A stretch of DNA of 64,000 bases, from contig QPMI01000482.1 of the NCBI GenBank assembly GCA_004431415.1, positions 186,001-250,000 of the forward strand, in the 5' to 3' direction. A program made the position numbers and the translations under genes. Below the pieces are notes generated by a model that saw nothing but the letters and a program-made list of their open reading frames with translations, had not been told where the DNA came from and ran no database searches. Origin of the DNA: Cyanophora paradoxa CCMP329 (Eukaryota > Plantae > Glaucophyta). Below are positions 22,300 to 35,000 of this stretch, one piece after another. Within the stretch, counting starts at the first letter, position 1. Every line of letters begins with the position of its first letter.

Positions 22300-22744
22300 T
22301 AGCTTAACCCTTGAAACCTCTTTGTTTTTTAGATTCGAAATACACACAACTAACGTCTAGAATTGAGCTAAACGTGTTTCCTCTGTTAGCTTCATTGTAC
22401 TCATTAATATCGTCTAGAATTGAGCTAAACATGTTTTCTCTGTTAGATTCAAAGTACACAAAATTAACGTCTAGCTGTATCTGAAGATTATTCTGAGACC
22501 AGCGCTTTGGGGGTCCGCCTAAAATCACTGCTATATCTTTTGCAAAATCGATCGGACTAGACGTTAGATACTACCTAGCGGTTGCTGGATGGTTGGTTTG
22601 GAGAGGTTGTGGTGGTAGACGTAACGAAGGGATGGAAGAGAATGTGTGTTGGAAGGCGTTGGAGTGTGTGGGTTGGGGTGGTTTGGAGGAGTGAGGGTGA
22701 GAAAGAGGTGGGTGGGCTGGAACCCCCACTATCTCATTTTTTTT
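22300..22744. repeat. Right terminal repeat of element 1, related to element 2 TIRs
   Basis: Shares CTAAACGTGTTTCCTCTGTTAGCTTCA subrepeats, GGTAGACGTAAC and a TCTCA(T)n end. Confidence 0.8.
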
Positions 22745-23602
22745 GCGCGCATTACTAAAGTGTTACACGGTAGCCTAGTAGATCTTATTGCACCCACAGG
22801 GTCCGGCTGCGGGCTGCAAGGAGGCCGCCTGGCACCCTCGAATTTTCGAAGCTTATAATTAATTATAAGCTCCATGGCCAGGCGAGAAGATCTAGATCGA
22901 TCTAGATAGGGACCTGCGCAGGCGTGCGCACACGTACACGCGGCGAAGGGGCGAGCGCAGGAACGCCACATTCACGCGGCGAGTCGGTCACTGCGCACGC
23001 CAGCGCTAGCATTAGCATATGCATCTTTAATTTGTAATTAAAGAGAATTCGAATGAACGACGTCGCCTCGAGCTCGCGGCAGCGCGCGCGCACCGCTCAT
23101 AGTAACACGACGTTGGACGGCCGCAGCCGCACCGGTACCGCTCATAGTAACGCGGGCCGGCCGGGGCGCGGCGACGTGGGTGAGTTGCAATTGCCGGCAA
23201 CATGTCTGCTGCTGCGCTAGGCTGCTATTACTTGTACTGGCGACGGAGACCGGAATCGGACTTCGGAACTGAAGCGACTTGCATTCATATGGCGAGCGCG
23301 CGACCAAGGCACAAGACGATAAGTTGGTGGCCTTCGGCCAAAAGTTCGGCGCAAGCCGTTGTGGCTTGAGCTATGAGCTTGAGCCTGAGCCACGTGCACG
23401 ATCGAAGCTAGCGCTTGCAATGCATGGGCTCTGCCTTGAGCTTGAGCTGAAGCTCTGCGAGCTTGAACTACAGCTCTTCGAGCTTGAACTAGAGCTCTAC
23501 GAGCTTGTGACCAAGCCTGATCTGCTGCGGCTTGAGTTAGTTCCGAGTTGAGTTTAATGTGTACCCCGCTGATTGTTTTCTTGTACCCCACCCTCGCGAT
23601 CG

Positions 23603-24643
23603 ATGTCCGCGCTCCTCTCCTGGCGCGTGGGGGCGACTGTGATGATGTTGCGCATCAACTACATCCTCATTGGACTCGCGAACATTGATATCGGAGTCCC
23701 CCACTCTACTGTCTTGGGCGTGGTGATGGGTGACACATTCGCGATCAGATGGTTCTTAGTGATCATGCTGTTTTTGAAGCCGGAATCGCACTTCGACGGC
23801 ATGTTTTCAGCTTTTGAGAAAAACGTCTGGAGATATGAGTCTTCTCCACCTTTTCAGCATCTTTGCGGGGCGTGCGATACGTTCTTTGTGCAGCGAGACG
23901 TATTGACAGAACTTTGTATGAGAGCCATGAACTTAGAAGCAATTAACGGCTTGCGCCGAAAAGGCATCTTCAAATTTGTACCCCGCTCCCGCGCCATACT
24001 AGCGGCCTCGGGCGGCAATTGCAGTCCTCCGCTTCCCCGCATAGCTCTCAGAATGCCGGATAAGAGAAGGAAAGGCGACGGGAGGCGGATGGCAAGCCTG
24101 GACAACACCGCCGCAGCCTACCCATATCGCCACGACCGCGACCTCAGAGGCGAGCTGTCTCGAGCGCCCGGAATGCTAGCTGTGCTGCGAAATCGCTCAT
24201 ACGAGTCCTCGCGGCGTGCAGGGACGCAGGTGCTGTTCTGCAAGCGCGACTTCCTAGCCACCGTGCGGCGGCTGCTTCGCGAGGACCAGAATCGCATCCT
24301 TTTCAACGGTTCGAAGCGCGCGCGGGAGCTCTACATGGCAGCGCTGCGGAGGCTGCAGGAGGACGCGAAAGCCCAGCCGTCAGCCCAGCCGTCAGCATCC
24401 GGTAGCGGACACGCTGAGCAGCCCGACGACCCGCCGACTGCGCGGGGCGTCAAAGCCGAGCCCGGAGATTCTCGTAAAGCTTCCGGCAGCGGCGAAGCGG
24501 CATCGCAAGAAGGGACACCAGCGCCCGCGGGGGTCCTCCCGGAGAACGCAGTGGGCGCCGTGCCGCCCGGCGCGAGCGGAGCAGCGGCGGAGGATGGCTC
24601 CGCTCCGGAAGTCAAGGACGAGGCCAGCAGAATGTCTTTATAG
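23603..24643 (+). CDS. Possible host hypothetical protein
   Basis: Long ORF, no recognisable domain. Confidence 0.3.
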   Translation: MSALLSWRVGATVMMLRINYILIGLANIDIGVPHSTVLGVVMGDTFAIRWFLVIMLFLKPESHFDGMFSAFEKNVWRYESSPPFQHLCGACDTFFVQRDVLTELCMRAMNLEAINGLRRKGIFKFVPRSRAILAASGGNCSPPLPRIALRMPDKRRKGDGRRMASLDNTAAAYPYRHDRDLRGELSRAPGMLAVLRNRSYESSRRAGTQVLFCKRDFLATVRRLLREDQNRILFNGSKRARELYMAALRRLQEDAKAQPSAQPSASGSGHAEQPDDPPTARGVKAEPGDSRKASGSGEAASQEGTPAPAGVLPENAVGAVPPGASGAAAEDGSAPEVKDEASRMSL

Positions 24644-24899
24644 CGAGCGAAATGCCCGCGGCCCTCCTGACCCTTCCCACGTCCCCCCTGCCGCCCTCAA
24701 TCACGCCGGTGCCACGGTGCCCGCCATCCATGCCCGTCTGCCCACTGACGCCTCTTTAAGATGCTTGCTTCTGCTATTCAACACTCCGCTCCCCTCGGAG
24801 TTCATTCTTTCCCCACCCGCGCCTCCTCCCAACGGGCCCTTCCCTGCCCCCTGCAAGCGCCCGGCCCGCTCTTACCGTCCCCCGACGCCGCTACGGATC

Positions 24900-27800
24900 C
24901 TCTCTGGTTAACATGTACACCAAAGCGCGGGGCTACGCGCGTGGGGGGGAGGAGCCGCCGAGGAATCCCGCGCCCGACGCCAGAAGGCCCTCGTACCTGG
25001 CGGAGATCAGCCGCGGGCAGCAACTGGGTGCGGGCTACAACGGAAAGGCGCACAGGCTGCAGTAGCCGCCGCCAACGCGGACCATGAGCTTGCCGTTGAT
25101 CACGCTGAGCTTTAGCAGCCGCGCACCGTACTGCGAGGAGGAAGCGGCGTCAGTCTTGGAAGCGGGGGGTACATATGAATCGGGGGCACCTTGTACTGCC
25201 CGTCGCCGACGCGCTGCAGCTCGAAGTGCACCCCCGCGTCCGCGAACGAAGCGAGCATGTCCTCAACCTGGTCGCGGGTTTCAATCCCGGTGGTCCCTTT
25301 TTCTACGGAGAAGGCGGACCTTCGCGTCGATCTCGGCCGCCGTGCGGGCGGGTACGGGATCCGTGACGTCACGGAGGCGCATGTGGTACGAGCCGCCGGG
25401 CTGGAAGGGGGAGTCGTCGGCGAGGGGTACGCGAGGATAGGAGGGGCGGACCTTGCGGAGGATGCCCTTGCCGTCGGCGCTGTGGCTGCGGGGGGCGGAG
25501 GAGGGGGCGGAGGCGGGGCGGAGGGAGGGGCGGACGGGGCGCCCCGAGGAGGAGGCGAGGGCGCGCTGCGAGGCCGGGGTCTTGCGCGGCTGCTTCGTCG
25601 GCGTGTTCCCGGGGCTCGACAGCGCGCTGTGCGTCGCCACGGCCGCCGTGGCGGTGGCGGCGGCGGCGGAGGCGGGGAGGGAGACGGGCGGGGCGGGGGC
25701 GGCGGGCGTCTCGAATCGCCCGGCGATGGACCTGCGGGGCGGGGAGCCTCAGGGGCGGTGTGGGGCGGGCGGGCTGGGTGGAGGGCGGGCCTGATGGGGG
25801 TGGGGGAGCCGGGGGCGCTGGGGGCGCGCTCGGAGGCGGCGTGGGAGGCGAGGGGGCCGTCCAGCGAGAGGGCCGCGAACGAGGGCCGCCGCGAGGGCGA
25901 CCCGACGCCGGGTACCGCCGCGGCGACGGGCGCTGCGCGGCGGGGGCGCCGGGCGCCCCGTCGGCCGGCCTGGCGCGAGCGGCATTGGGTGGGAGCGAGG
26001 GGCGCGCACGAGGATGGAGCTCTGGAGGCGCTCCGCCGCCGCCCGCCAGCGCGCGCACTCGTCGAGCACCTTCGGGCGGGGTGAGGGGTGAGGGGGCGCG
26101 GGGCGGGGCGGGGACTGGGGCGGGGACCTGGAGGCGCTCGGCCTCGGCGGCGCGGGAGGCGGCGACGAGGTCCCGGCACTTCCCTCCCACTCCACGCACT
26201 GGCCCCGCATCTGCACCCGCCCCGCCCGCCCCTCAGCAGCGGCGCCCACGCGGCGGCGTCGAGGGGCGCGGGCCTCGGCGGCGGCGCGCTGGAGGGTCTC
26301 CGCGGCCGCCCGCTCCATCGCCGCCTCGTCCCGCGCCCGCTGCAGCTCCTCCGACGCCGCCTGCCCAGTTGTGCCCGTGAGTCACCCGGAGGGAGGCCGA
26401 GCGGAGGGGGTACGTGCCTGCAGGAGCTCGGTGAGGCCGTCGACATCCTTGGCCTTCACAGCGACGTCGCGCGCCCGGCTCGAGAGCTTCGCGCCCCGCA
26501 GGATCGCCGGGAGCTGCGCGCGGGTCGGAAAGGGGTGGGTGGGTGGGGTGGGGTGGGGTGGGTGGGGTGGGGGGGGGGGGGGGGGGGGGGAGGGAAGGGG
26601 GGGAGGGGAGGGGGCTGGAGGGGAGGGGGCGGGGGTACGGCGCACGTCGTCGGCGTCGAGGCTGGCGTCCCTCCGGGCGTTCCGGTCCCGCTCCTCCTGC
26701 AGCTGCGCCTGCCCCCGTGGCGGTCGGACGGTAGGACGGAGAGCACGGGCGGGGTACAGGGGCACCTCGAGCGAGTCCCGCTCGGCGGCGAGGGCGTCCA
26801 GGGTCATCTTGAGGCTCTGCGCCCCGCGGGGCGGCGTCAAGGGCGCTCCAGGGGGCTGCGAGGCACGCCGAGGGGCGGGGGCGGGGCCGGCGCGCGCCTG
26901 CAGCTCGTGCCTCGCGGCGTCCCGGTCCCGAACCGCCGTCGTCAGCTGCGCCGGACGGTCGGCGGCGGCCGCCGCGGGGAGGGTACGGGGTCCTCGCCTG
27001 CTTCGTGGCGTCGACCTTGGCCTCCCGCGCCTTGGCCGTCTCCGCCTCCGCCTTCTGCCGGCTCTGCCGGGGCGCGGGGGCGCGCTTGAGAGCAGGGAAG
27101 CGGGGGGAGGGGGCCGGGGGCGGGGCGGGCCTCGTCGGAGCGCCTGCGCTCGGCCTCGGCGAGGTCCATGAGGCCCCGCATCCGCTTCACCTGGTTCCGC
27201 AGCGCCTCCATCTCCACCTGCCCCAGCGCGCTCGGAGGGCGGAAGGGAGGAGGAAAGGAAAGGGAAGGGAAGGAAAAGGAAGGGGGCGCGCCTCGAGGAC
27301 GCCGAGGCGCTCCCTGTGGGCCTTCTGGCTGGCCCGCAGCGCCCTGTTCTCGCGCAGCGCATCCCCGTTCTGCTGCCGCACCTCCGACTCGATGCGCGCC
27401 CGCAGGTCCTCCAGCCCCTTCAGGAACCGCTCCTGCACAGTCTCCGCGGTCAGCGGCGAGGCGCTCAGGACGCGAAGGAAGCGCCGGCGGGGTGGGGCGC
27501 CTTGATGAGGGCCATGTTCTCGTCGGAGGTCTGGAAGTGCTCCCGCATCGCCCGCTCGATCTCGCGCTCGATCTCGTCGCGTTTCTCGTCCGACGGGCCC
27601 GCGGCCGGCCGCTCCTTCACGCGCGGCGGCAGCAGCAGCTCCTGCCGGATCTTCGCCTTCAGGCCTTCGTTCTCTGCCCGCGCGGCCTCCAGCTGCACGC
27701 GCAGCGCCGACACGATCTGCCGGCGGCGGACCGGTCAGAGGCGCTCCAACGCGTCAAGCAGAGCGCGCCCCGCACCGCGGCGTCCTCCCGCACGCGCTGC

Positions 27801-28164
27801 AGCTGCTTGTTCTCCTCCGTCAGCTGCTCCACGTCCGAGCGCAGAACCTCCACCGTAGTTTTCAGCTCAGCGACCCGCGGGTCCTCTCCGCTAACCAGGC
27901 TCGATATTGCGTCTAGCGACGTGCGCGTCGTGCCTGTGCTCCGGCCGTTCGAGCCGGTCATCAGGTTGAGCTTCAGGCGTGCGTTCTCGGCCTGCGATAC
28001 GAAGCACGTTTAGCTGAAGAGCTTTTCCGGCTCAAAACTGCTGAAAGACCCCAGGGAGCAGCTACCTTTACGTCTTCAAGGCTATTCGTTGCCTCGAGCA
28101 GGCGGCGCTGCAGCAGCTCCACCAGCGAGCTGGACTGCTCAGATTGCTTCAGCATCGCGGCCAT
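24900..28164 (-). CDS. Host multi-exon coiled-coil protein with C-terminal GAS2/GAR domain (boundaries approximate)
   Basis: Coiled-coil exons; LQRVGDGQYK then YGARLLKLSVINGKLMVRVGGGY matches the GAR signature MVRVGGG. Confidence 0.7.
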
Positions 28165-28407
28165 CCCGGGGCCAAGCTGGCTGGCAGGGTCCTGCGTGGC
28201 CCGCGAAGCTCGTCAGGCAAACGCGCTGAGGGGCTTTGTGTAGCGCAACGTTATCAAACGTTTGCGAACCTTTGCCGGCCCCGGCGTGGTCGCGGAGGCG
28301 CCCCGCATCGGCGGACGGTTAGGAATACACGTACCCCCAGATCAGCCTCTCGGACCCTCTCCGACCCTCGAGTTCACCAGTTCTCCAAGCGCCAAGCGGT
28401 CGTAATT

Positions 28408-30475
28408 ATGGCGCCTCCTGATCCCGCACCTATCCTGCAAGTCGCCTGGGGTTTGCTAGCCGGTGCCATCCCGCCCGCCCGCGCCGCCTCACGCTGTTCC
28501 TGTTCCCAGGCTTCGCGGCTTCGAAGGTCTTGTTCTCGGCACTTGAGCGAGGTGAGCCTTAGTCGGACGAGGCGTTAGGACGCGGACACGTGCTCCGACC
28601 GACGTGCGCGGCCGACGGAGCGGCGCGTATGCTCGATGCTGCAAAATCATATTCTAGCACGTGATCACGTTAGCGCGCAGCGCTTAGATCAGTGCTTGTA
28701 CATGTGGCCGCGGCTCCCTCTAGATCTGGGTCGTCCGCCCCGGCCCCGGCCCCGGCCCGGTGCTGACATCGGCCACAGATGTCTTCTCCGTCATCGCGAA
28801 GGAGGGTCACATGAGCCTCGAGCAGGCCACCTCGAGGTTTCAGCTGCATCCCCGCGGTGCGCCCCGGATCAAATCTCACGCGAGCTCGCCCGCCGGGTCG
28901 CCGGGAGCCGACAGGCGGCGCGCCGCAGCGGCCGGGGACTTCTTGAAGACGCTGGAGTCCCTCGGGTTCCTCCACCGGGACGACGGGGGCCTGTACGGCA
29001 ACACGCCCCTCTCCGCCCTCTACCTCGGTGCCCCCGGCCCGGGCGCCCGCCTCCGCGGCCGGCGGGCGAGGGCGCTCCGCCCGCAGATCGCGCGAGGGAG
29101 AGCTGCGTCGCCGGCATCCTCCAGATGATGAACTCGCGCCTGTACCCCGCCTGGGGCGCCCTGGGCGAGGCCCTCACGACCGGCCTGCCCACGAACGAGA
29201 TGGTACCCAGCTGCTGCGCGGTCTGTCGCCCCCCGGCCTACACGCCCCTGAACCGCCCCCCCCCCCCCTCCCCCCCACACACAGCGCGGCCTGTCCTCCG
29301 AGGAGATGCAGCGCGCGGTACCCCGCTCTTCCTCCCCTCCCGGGAGTCCATCCGGCTGCCCTGACAGGGGTACGTTCGTCTCAGCTCTCCGCGAACGACG
29401 GCAAGGACAGCTTCATGAGCGACCCCAACTTCTCGAAGGCGAGCGGGCTGTACCCCCGGCTCCGCTTCTTCCCTCCGAGCTGAGAGCTGTACCCCCGGCA
29501 GGCGATGACGGGGCTGAACCTCTACGTCGCGGCGAAGCTTGCCGAGGTCTTCCCCTGGCACAAGTACCGCTCCCTCTGCGATCTGGGTACCCCCAGCTCA
29601 GGGCCTCGAGGGTACACCTTCGTTGTTTCGTAACAGCGGCGGCGCGGGCAGGGACGGCGGAGGGGGCGATCCCGACGGTGATCGCGCAGAAGCACCCGCA
29701 CCTCACCGCCATCGGCTTCGACCTTCCCGCCGTCGGGCCCACCTTCGAGTGCGCCCCACACGTACCCCGGCCTCGCACCCTCCCCCGGAGCTCGAGACCT
29801 GCACCCGCTGCGCAGGGCGTACGTGAAGAGCAAGAACCTGCAGGAGCGGGTGCGGTTCGTGGGAGGGGACTTCTTCGCCCCGGAGAAGAAGCTGCCGCAG
29901 GCCGACGTGCGCGGGCAGATGAGCCGAGCCGAGCCGAGATGAGCGGGGTGGGGCGGGCGGGGCGGCAGGTGCTGATCTACGGAACGGTGCTGCACGACTG
30001 GGACCTCGCCCAGAAGCGCGCCCTCCTCGCCAAGGCCCGCCCCGCCGGCCCCCGCCCCGCCCCTCGCCCGCCCTGAGGCCGGGGGCGGGCAGGCGCACGA
30101 GTCGCTGGCGCCGGGCGGCGTCTGCCTCGTCTACGACGCCATGACCGACGGTGCGCGCGCCCGCCCCCGAGGCCCCAGGCCGCCCCGCCCCCGCCCCCGG
30201 GGCGAGCGGGGGCGGGGGCGGGGCAGGGCACGACGCGACCTCGGGCCTGATCATGTCCCTCAACATGCTCGTCGAGGTGCCCGAGCTCGAAGCCTCCGGA
30301 GCCTCGATCTCCCGCCTCTGAGGCGGCGCGCGGGGCGCCCCGCCGGCAGCTGCCCGGGGGCTTCAACTACGGGAAGGGGGAGTGCGAGGGCTGGCTGCGG
30401 GAGGCCGGCTTCACGGACGTCCACTCCCTCCACGTCTGGTCCTCCGTCTACGCCGTCGTCGGCACCAAGCCCTGA
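28408..30475 (+). CDS. Host multi-exon SAM-dependent O-methyltransferase (Methyltransf_2 + dimerisation domain)
   Basis: Exons FAASKVLFSALE, LYGNTPLS, LCDLG, GFDLP, GGDFF, VLHDWD, LAPGG, WLREAGF. Confidence 0.88.
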
Positions 30476-31314
30476 CCCCCCCCGCCCCAACCCGCCGGGG
30501 CGCCCCCGCCGCTGCCTGCGCGGCTGCCGTGCCCAGCTCGGATTGTTTTCCGGGACCGTTGTTTCAAGCGATCGTGGTTATCGCCCCGCCCGGGCCTCCC
30601 GTGTGGGAATTTGAAGCCTGGTCGCCATGGGGCCCGGGGCGGGTATGGGCCTAGGGCGTGGGCTGGGGAAGCCTGGAATCAGTGGGAACCCATGGTCGCA
30701 TCGAGACTGAGTGAAGCGTGGTTGAGGGACTAGTAAGGGACTAGGGACTAGTGGTACGGAGACATCATGGCATGTGATGGGACTCCGGGGGAGTGGAGGG
30801 AGTGGACGTCCGCGAAGCCGGCCTCCCGCAGCCAGCGGGGGAGGGGGGGGAGGGGGGGGGAGGGGGGGGGAGGGGGAGGGAGATAACCCACAAAAAACAT
30901 AGGACTTTCAGTCGAAACTTCGACCGAACCGTTGCACGCCGGCATCGATTTATCGGCCGGGCATGCCGTTCGCAATCATCGAAGCGGCTTATATATATTA
31001 CCTTCACGTATCGTCAGAAAAAGTGGATCTGAAACTGCCGCCGCGCCCCCCTCAAACGTTCGAGAGAGCAGCGCGCGTGCCCGTCCCAACGACGGTGCTC
31101 CATCACGTGAAAGTGATTTGCACGTCCGCCGAGCTCTATGCTCGCCTCGGAATAAAGGGGCCGGATGACGACCTGAAGGCGTGAGTACGGTCGAACCACT
31201 GCATGATTTATATAATTATCTCATTTTGATCATGAGCGTGATTTTCTCTCACCCACATTCGCCGCGTACGCAGGCGGGGCTATAGAGCTACGATGTCGTC
31301 AAGGCGATGAACGC

Positions 31315-31320
31315 GCTGGA
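31315..31320 (+). repeat. Left target-site duplication GCTGGA
   Basis: Same hexamer at 54715-54720. Confidence 0.92.
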
Positions 31321-31895
31321 AAAAAAAATGAGAGAGAGCCCACCACGGTGGCCCACCCCTCTTCGCCACCCCCATCCCATCACCACCTCTCTCGCTGCAC
31401 CAGCCCTAGCGTCCACCCCGCTATCACTCCAACCCCGCTCTCTCGTTACGTCTACCCCGCTCTCTTGTTACGTCTACCGACCCACTCCCTAGGACGAAGC
31501 CTAGCAATATCTGACGACTATACAAGGCAGAGCTGTGAAGAAGAATAGACGAAGAGGAGCGCGGCCCCCCTTGCGCGCGGTCTGCAGAGCAACAAGTAAG
31601 AATAGTCTAGACGATATTAATGTGTTCAATGAAGCTATCAGAGGAAACACGTTTAGCTTAATTTTAGGCGATAATGAAGTGTACATTGAAGCTAACAGAG
31701 GAAACACGTTTAGGTTAATTTTAGGCGATATAGATGAGTACGATGAAGCTAACAGAGGAAGCACGTTTAGGTTAATTTTAGGCGAAATGATGAGAACATT
31801 GAAGCAACCAGAGGAAAAGCGTTTAGCTCTATCTAGGCGATAATGATGAGTACATTGAAGCACTTCGTGTCCCAAGAGCGCTCTGGTGCGGCCTC
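31321..31895 (+). repeat. Left TIR (~575 bp) with internal ~60-bp tandem units
   Basis: Reverse complement of 54142-54714. Confidence 0.95.
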
Positions 31896-32043
31896 TGGAG
31901 AGAGTAACTTTTTACATTCACTGTAATTCCTAGCTTGCCATGAGCAGCACCAGTGACATGTTATAAAGGAATAGCACCGCCCTATAGTAACGAGCGGTTG
32001 GTTGCGCGCTTTCTCCGAAAATCTTTTGGAGCGCTATTGTTAA

Positions 32044-35000
32044 ATGGAACGACGGTTTGAGATCGCGCGGCTCAAAGAGCAGATAGCAGGCCAGGCCGAG
32101 GTTTTGTACAATCGCAGGTTTATTCATGGACAATTTAGAAACAAACTACAGCGCATCAGTGCGAGTGGCTCACGTACGAGACTACCGACACTTCAGAAAT
32201 ACGCATCACTTTTGAACGAGCTTTCAACAGTACCAAGACCGCCGAGACCAGTTTCAGCTGCTCGGCTAGAGGTTGCTATTGCTGAGGGTATTGTAGCAGG
32301 ATTTTCAGAGCTTCCCGATCCGAGTGTGAGCGAGTTAAGCGAAACTGAAGTTACTGAGGAGGACGGCACAGTGACGACACGTACAGCGCTGAACGGGACA
32401 TATGCTGACTGGGAGTACAGGCCCTCACGTGGAACAGGCCGAGTCACGTCGATGCAGGCACAGATTGAAAATAATGCAAGATTCAGAGCAGGCGCAGTGG
32501 CATTTGTAAGCGTGCAGCAAGAATTAGCGAGTCAGGATCGAATGGGTATAGCTTTACAGGTATCAGGAGTCGGACTCTATCGCAAGCCTAACGAGGACTC
32601 AGCGCTTGCAGTAGTCATTGAGCACAGGAAATTTTACCGCATACTCCCAGGGTCAGACATTGTTGAGGCGATCCGCTCACAGCTGGAGGAGCTAGATACT
32701 ATTGCGCAGGAAAAGAGCCGTGATTCTTCCGCCTTCGAGACGTGGATTAAGCTACGCTTTACCGCGATTAGATACTTCAGGCGTATGGGTGGCCGCGTCC
32801 GCGGGTTTGTACTTCCGAGCTGGCTTGCACTCAAGCAGGCCTTGATCAATATCAATGCACCAAACAACGAGTGCTTTAAATATGCTGTCCTCGCAGCGCG
32901 CAATCCGCTGGCCCCAGGGGTGGATTCGAGACATGCAGGAAGCTATCGGCAGCACGAGGCATCGCTAGATTGTACGATGCTAACGTATCCGACACCACTC
33001 GATTCAAAAATGTTCAGTAAATTTGAGTGTGCGAATAATGTTAAGCTCTGCGTCTACACGACTGCGCTAGACAAGCAAGACATCGTTCCGATCCACATTA
33101 GCGCAGCAACGGATGCTATACCGATACTTTACGTGCCAGCAGGCGACGGGAATGATGTGGGACATTATTTGTGGATAAAGAACATATCGCGCCTGTTTGG
33201 AAAGCATGGGTCGAATGCGAAGCACTATTGCTTGGCCTGCCAGTGCGGCTTTGGCTCAGACGAGGCCTTTCAGAATCATCTTAAATACGACCGGTGCCTT
33301 GATCGAGATGAGCACGCCAGGGACGTGCTTCCGAAAAAGGGCGAGCACTTTATAAAATTCAATAGTTTCGAAAAGACGATTCGCCAAAGACTAGTTGGGT
33401 ATGCTGACTCGGAAACTATGACTGTACCTGTTTTACAGACCGAGAGTCCAGCAAAGACGAAGCAGCTAGGAGTCCACGCAATAGCGTCGATCGGCTGCTT
33501 AGTTATTCTAAACAAGGGGCAAAATCAAGGAACGAATGAAACTGTAGAAAGCGTTGAAAATTCAGAGACGATGCAACAGGAGCAGTTTTGGTTCTCGCAT
33601 ATGGGATCACAAACTGAGGAGTCTGCAGAAGCATTTGTTGCTTGGCTAGATGAAAAAGAGCCGCAGTTTAAGGGAATCTTGGAGGAGAAAGCGACGATGC
33701 AGATTACACAGGCGCAAGAGCGCTCCTTTCAGGCAGCAGAAACATGCTATATGTGTGGAAGCGAGTTTAAAGAAGTCAAAGATAAAAATCGAGATCACTG
33801 CCACGACTCCGGGCAGTATCTTGGAGCGGCATGCAATGCCTGCAACAGGCGACGAGCAAAAGCTGCCGCCGTGCCAATATTCTTTCACAATGGACGAGGA
33901 TTTGACTTTCACCTATTAGTGAGGGCTTTAGCAGCAGGATATAACCGGCGGAAAGTCGCAGAAAATGCATTCCGAGACGAGGTCGAGCGCAAGTTTCAAG
34001 CAAAATACGCAGGACGTGAGCTGAGTACAGATCATGCAATAAATGCAAAGAAGCGACTTGAGCGTGAATTACGTCCTCGTGAGTTACTGTCGACGAAGTT
34101 TGACCAGGTGTTTCAGAACAGCGAGCGTATGTCACAGTTCACATACGGCATTTACGTTTTCCGTGACTCTGCTCAGCACCTGCAGGGTAGTCTCGATAGC
34201 CTTGCGGCTGCAGTACCTGATGTGAAAAAGAATATCACACGTGCACTACATGAGAGCGAGACACGGTTCAAACTAATGACGCGCAAGGGTGTCTATCCAT
34301 ACAAGTACATTACGGGCTGGGATCGTCTTGCAGAGACATCACTACCAGGACGCCGCCAATTTTACAATGAGCTAAAACAGTTGAAGTGCTCTCGTGATGA
34401 TTATATCCACGCTCAATCGGTCTGGCGTGAGCTTGGTTGCAGGACAATGGCTGACTATACATTGGAGTACATGAAGACAGACATAGCTCTTCTAGGAGAC
34501 ATATTTGAAAACTACCGTGACACGTGTATGGAGACGTATAAGCTGGACCCAAGCTACTTTATGAGCATTCCAGGTTTCTCGTGGCAAGCAGCTTTGAAAC
34601 ACACTGGCCAGCAACTGGAGCTGTTTCACGAAGGGCAAGAAGATATGCACCGCTTTATTGAGAAAGGGATTCGGGGAGGAATCTCGATGATATCAACACG
34701 CTATGCTAGAGCTAATAATGCCTGGATTGATAAGTACATCGTGGGTCACAGGAAAAAACAGGGCTGGTTACTTTATCTCGATGCGAATAATCTTTATGGA
34801 CTTTCTATGAAACAGAAACTTCCTACAGGGGACTTCAAATGGGAGAACATTAGTATTACTACTGATCCTAAACTGTATATCACAGACCTAGATGCAAACG
34901 GTCCACGAGGGTTTGCTTTGGAGGTTGACATGCATTGTCCAGAAGAGCTGCATGATTATTTTAGTGATTATCCACTTGCTCCCGAGCGTATGTGCATTGT

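Larger units (their letters stand above)
1..22744. mobile_element. Element 1: AT-rich composite viral/plasmid-like element (left end outside window), no capsid genes visible
   Basis: Low-GC intronless block switching abruptly to GC-rich host DNA after ...ATCTCATTTTTTTT (22744), the same terminus type as element 2; encodes D5 primase-helicase, PolB-helicase fusion and rve integrase. Confidence 0.8.

Noticed and set aside
23217-23591. ELELK / QARRA repeat ORFs
   Set aside because: Low-complexity GAGCTT-type repeat with no domain support
24594-30654. Many long overlapping R/G/P/A-rich ORFs (also 54890-64000)
   Set aside because: High-GC artefacts; the real genes are spliced
31501-31875. ORFs inside the TIRs (and mirrors at 54162-54536)
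   Set aside because: Products of ~60-bp tandem subrepeats; no coding evidence
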